Source: Prevotella sp.
Lineage (GTDB): Bacteria > Bacteroidota > Bacteroidia > Bacteroidales > Bacteroidaceae
Length of the DNA stretch: 64,000 nt
Reading direction: 5' to 3'
Assembly (NCBI GenBank): GCA_017417465.1
Contig: JAFPZD010000023.1
Span: forward strand, 7,729 to 71,728
Part shown: in pieces, positions 60,579 to 64,000 of the stretch
How the letters are laid out: every line of letters begins with the position of its first letter
How positions within the stretch are numbered: position 1 is the stretch's first letter
Notes under the pieces: generated by a model
The model's input: only the letters and a program-made list of their open reading frames with translations
Database searches by the model: none
Told to the model about the DNA's origin: nothing
Translations under genes and position numbers: made by a program

Positions 60579-61286
60579 ATGGCAAAGACTCCTACGCCCC
60601 ACATTGGGGCACAATACGGCGAAATCGCCGAAACCGTTATCATGGCGGGCGACCCGCTGCGCGTCAAATTTATGGCCGAGAAGTTCCTGGAGAACCCGGT
60701 GCTCTTTAACAACGTGCGTGGCATGCTGGGGTACACCGGCACCTACAAAGGCAAACGCGTGAGCATGATGGGCCACGGCATGGGCATGGCTTCCATCGGC
60801 ATCTACACTTACGAGCTTTACAACTTCTACGACGTGAAAACCATCATCCGCGTCGGCTCCGCTGGCTCGCTGCACGAGGATCTGCACCTGGGCGACCTTA
60901 TCATCGCCATGGGTGCCTGCACGAACAGCAGCTACGGTCGGCAGTTTGAGGTTCCTGGCATCTACGCTCCTATTGCCGACTTCGACCTGCTGCGCGCTGC
61001 TGCCGACAGCTGCGACCGCATGGGTTACCGCTACCGGGTGGGCAACGTGCTCTCGTCGGACACGTTCTACAACGAGAACGCCCACAACGACAAGTGGATG
61101 CAGCTGGGCGTCATGGCTGTAGAGATGGAGGTGGCAGCGCTCTACATGAACGCCGCCCGCTCAGGCAACCGTGCACTGGGCATCATGACCATCTCCGACC
61201 ACATCATCACTGGCGAAGCCACCACCGCCGAGCAACGGCAAACCACCTTCACCAAGATGATGGAAGTGGCGCTGTCACTCGTCTAA
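60579..61286 (+). CDS. deoD: Purine nucleoside phosphorylase
   Basis: TPHI, GDPLR, VRGMLGYTG, GHGMG, RVGSAG, VEME, TISDH. Confidence 0.96.
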   Translation: MAKTPTPHIGAQYGEIAETVIMAGDPLRVKFMAEKFLENPVLFNNVRGMLGYTGTYKGKRVSMMGHGMGMASIGIYTYELYNFYDVKTIIRVGSAGSLHEDLHLGDLIIAMGACTNSSYGRQFEVPGIYAPIADFDLLRAAADSCDRMGYRYRVGNVLSSDTFYNENAHNDKWMQLGVMAVEMEVAALYMNAARSGNRALGIMTISDHIITGEATTAEQRQTTFTKMMEVALSLV

Positions 61287-61294
61287 GTTGCTCG

Positions 61295-62344
61295 TCATTC
61301 ATAGTGCCTTATCCTGACGTCGATACCATCTGCCTGTAATGCTGCGGGCAGGGTGTCGACGTTTGTGTCGCCATAGTGGTAGGGGAACAGCACGCGCGGC
61401 TTCACCGTCCGCGCGGCTCGGATAAGCTGGTCGGGCGTCATGGTGTAAGGCTGGTTGCAAGGCATGAAGGCGATGTCGATGTCCTTGATATCGGCCATCT
61501 CAGGGATGTCCTCCGTATCGCCGGCGATATAGATGCGCAACCCGTCGAAGGTCAGGATGAAACCGTTGTCACGACCTTTGGGGTGGAACTGGGTGCGCCC
61601 CTCGGTGATGTTGTAGGCAGGCACTGCCTCCAGCGTCAAACCGTCGCCAAGCATCAGCATGTCGCCATTGGCCATCACCTGCCCACGTCCCAACATGTCG
61701 GCACAGCGCCGGTTGGTGACAAGCTGCGTGCCTTCGGCTGACAAAAGGCTGATGACCTCTGGGTCGAAGTGATCACGGTGCTCGTGAGTCACAAGGATGT
61801 AGTCGGCCTTCGGCATCGGCGTATAGTCGACGCGGCGATTGCCTAACTGTCCGACGGGGTCGATCTGAATCTCACGCCCATCGGCCACAATGCGGATGCA
61901 GGCATGCATCAGTGCGTAGAACTTCACCTGCTTGCCGCTCGGTGTAGTGAACACGTCGACTTCGAACGTCGTCACCGGCATTCCTTTCTCTTTCCACGCC
62001 AGGATGCCACCTTTCAGGTTGACAGCCTTGAAGCCTTCAGCCTCCAACAAGCCGGCAGCATTGGCTGAGCGGCGCCCGCTGCGGCAGTAGACGGCCACCG
62101 GCAGCAACGGGTTGAGCTGCGCCTTGGCCTCTTGTATGAAGTTCTGGCCGTTCACGTCGATGTTCACCGCGCCCTCGAGGTGGCCCTCGGCAAACTCTTT
62201 CGCCGTGCGCACATCGAGCAGTTGCGCACCGCTTTTACTCACAAGCTCCGCAAACGCATCAACGTCCACATTCACAAAGGTTTGTCCACCACAGCCACTG
62301 TTCAAGCCAAGCAGCGTCATCAGAAATGTCATTACTCTCTTCAT
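61295..62344 (-). CDS. Rhodanese plus metallo-beta-lactamase-fold fusion protein
   Basis: LDVRT..EF..GHL.GA, YCRSGRRS; THEHRDH, YIAGDT, PYHY. Confidence 0.88.
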   Translation of the reverse strand: MKRVMTFLMTLLGLNSGCGGQTFVNVDVDAFAELVSKSGAQLLDVRTAKEFAEGHLEGAVNIDVNGQNFIQEAKAQLNPLLPVAVYCRSGRRSANAAGLLEAEGFKAVNLKGGILAWKEKGMPVTTFEVDVFTTPSGKQVKFYALMHACIRIVADGREIQIDPVGQLGNRRVDYTPMPKADYILVTHEHRDHFDPEVISLLSAEGTQLVTNRRCADMLGRGQVMANGDMLMLGDGLTLEAVPAYNITEGRTQFHPKGRDNGFILTFDGLRIYIAGDTEDIPEMADIKDIDIAFMPCNQPYTMTPDQLIRAARTVKPRVLFPYHYGDTNVDTLPAALQADGIDVRIRHYE

Positions 62345-62375
62345 AGTCGTTATGCTTTTTAGTTGGTTATAAACA

Positions 62376-62445
62376 CTCCTCAACTCCTAACTCCAAACTC
62401 CTAACTCCTCACTCCTAACTCCTAACTCCTGACTCCTAACTCCTC
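62376..62445. repeat. (CTCCTAA)n 7-mer array
   Basis: About ten units directly after the stop codon of the upstream minus-strand gene. Confidence 0.88.
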
Positions 62446-64000
62446 CTACCTTCCCAACAGATTGGTATTCTCGAAGCGCACCTCGAAGGGCCACTGCTCA
62501 TCGTTCGAGACATCGTCGTCCCAGGCATGGCGCCAGTGCTGCGTCGGGGCACCCATGACAACGAAGAACAGGCGGCTGCACGTGCCCTCAGGAATGGTCA
62601 GCTCGGCGGTGCCCTCCTTGGCCGACCCGACATCGCCATAGACGCGGGTGCCGTCGCTCATCAGTGCGACAAAAGCATAGCGCCAGCCAGCCCTCAGCGA
62701 GAAGATGCTACGCCAGCCAGCTGTGCCGACGATGCCTTTGAAATGGGCAGTGACGGTGGTGCCTGTTTTGGCTGTCCGCATGTTGATGATACTGTAGCCG
62801 TAGTTCTGAATGCAGTGTGCCACGTCGCTGCGCCACGTGTCGGTAGTTCCGCTGACCTGACTGAGGTAAGTCTTGTGCTGACCGATGCGGTGGGCGGCAC
62901 GCTCACGGATGCCGTCGATGTCCCAGGTGGCCATGCGCATGCAACCCTCCATCTGCTCGTCGTTAAACTGCTCCTGCGTCAAGCCGCACAGCCGCTGATA
63001 GGCCTCCACGGGGTCCTCGGGCTTCTGGCTCTCGCGCCATAGCCGTCCGATGAAGTCCTGGCCGTGCTTCATGCACCACCAATCCTGAATGAAGCAGTTC
63101 TCGTAGCGCCAGTTCTCGTGCATCAGGTTCAGGTGGCACAGCGGCAGGTGACCTTCGAAATACTCGCCATCAGTGAATTGCCGCTCGGGGAACACCTTAT
63201 AGGCCTGCCAGTCGGCACAGCTCTCCCACCAGCCATTGCCACCACTGGCGCCACTGCCGTAGCCATAGTTAAAGCCGTGCGACATACCGAGATCGGCTGA
63301 TACAAGATACTGGAACGTGTGGCCAACCTCATGTGCCACGGTATGTCCGCCACGAGCCGTCGCTGCCCACGGATTAAAGTGTCCAATGCCCGTCTTGCCG
63401 CCACTGGCTCCATCGGTGCCCGAAGCATCGGCGCGCCATTCGGTTTGGTAGGGGATGTAGAGCTGTATCTTATACTTGTCGGTTGTCGAATGACCCTCCC
63501 TAAGGAAGCCGAGCTGTCCGACGTAAGTATCCCAGCACCGCTCAGCGATGTTCAGCACGCTGCTGGCGCTGCATGTGTAGTTGCCGATCCTGATACGCTC
63601 AGGATTGCTGCCAAAACGGGCATCCCAGAACACAGCGAAGTGCTCCGACTCCATGCTGTGGGCGAAGTTGTAGCCCGTAGTGGCGGCAGCGTTCTCGTAG
63701 TCGGTGTCACGATAAGTGCTGGGCTTCAGCAGGTAGCGCCCAGGATTGGCGAACATCATGGTCGACTCGTCGATGGGCATCAGCGTATACATCTGCGTGG
63801 TCATCGTGCCGTCGGTTTTATGGAGCAGCAGCGAGCCCGTCTGGAACTTCAGCGAGTCGACGTTGGTCAGCAACACGCGCTGGTTGGCTTTGAAGCGGTT
63901 GTCGTAGCGCACCCAAAGCGTGTCCTGCGCCATAGCAGGGCTAAACGAAAAATAAAAAGTGATAAGTGATAAACCTATCAGCCCCTTTACGCTATTATGT
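62446..64000 (-). CDS. Secreted DUF6055-like protein with HEXXH motif; 5' end beyond the window
   Basis: AHEVGHTFQY, WWESCADWQ; the frame stays open from 63933 to the window edge and encodes a signal peptide. Confidence 0.7.
   Translation of the reverse strand, partial: HNSVKGLIGLSLITFYFSFSPAMAQDTLWVRYDNRFKANQRVLLTNVDSLKFQTGSLLLHKTDGTMTTQMYTLMPIDESTMMFANPGRYLLKPSTYRDTDYENAAATTGYNFAHSMESEHFAVFWDARFGSNPERIRIGNYTCSASSVLNIAERCWDTYVGQLGFLREGHSTTDKYKIQLYIPYQTEWRADASGTDGASGGKTGIGHFNPWAATARGGHTVAHEVGHTFQYLVSADLGMSHGFNYGYGSGASGGNGWWESCADWQAYKVFPERQFTDGEYFEGHLPLCHLNLMHENWRYENCFIQDWWCMKHGQDFIGRLWRESQKPEDPVEAYQRLCGLTQEQFNDEQMEGCMRMATWDIDGIRERAAHRIGQHKTYLSQVSGTTDTWRSDVAHCIQNYGYSIINMRTAKTGTTVTAHFKGIVGTAGWRSIFSLRAGWRYAFVALMSDGTRVYGDVGSAKEGTAELTIPEGTCSRLFFVVMGAPTQHWRHAWDDDVSNDEQWPFEVRFENTNLLGR

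Overview
GC-rich Bacteroidales chromosome segment, most likely Prevotella-like (inferred from gene content and TAnnTTTG promoters), with about 46 protein genes. I recognised no rRNA, tRNA, CRISPR array, transposase, integrase or prophage. Housekeeping genes include recN, coaBC, a dnaQ-like exonuclease, dnaN, bcp, pyrD/pyrK, holA and deoD. They are interleaved with glycan and peptide foraging genes (GHL10, PL1-like, GH43, GH2, GH105, C69, C10 and S9 peptidases). Five things stand out. (1) Many gene junctions carry 7-10 bp microsatellite arrays, often as inverted purine-rich/pyrimidine-rich arms around a short core with shared inner motifs; some copies sit in-frame inside proteins and signal peptides. 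(2) Four different secreted proteins in one cluster end in a near-identical dockerin-like module. (3) Two tandem DUF4988-type lipoproteins contain about 16 copies of an unfamiliar ~21-aa repeat. (4) A perfect 58-bp AT-rich palindrome. (5) A ~700-bp AT-rich TTTAAA-dense non-coding block next to an XRE gene. Family calls come from motif recognition by eye, not database searches. Several start codons are shifted from the supplied ORF track.
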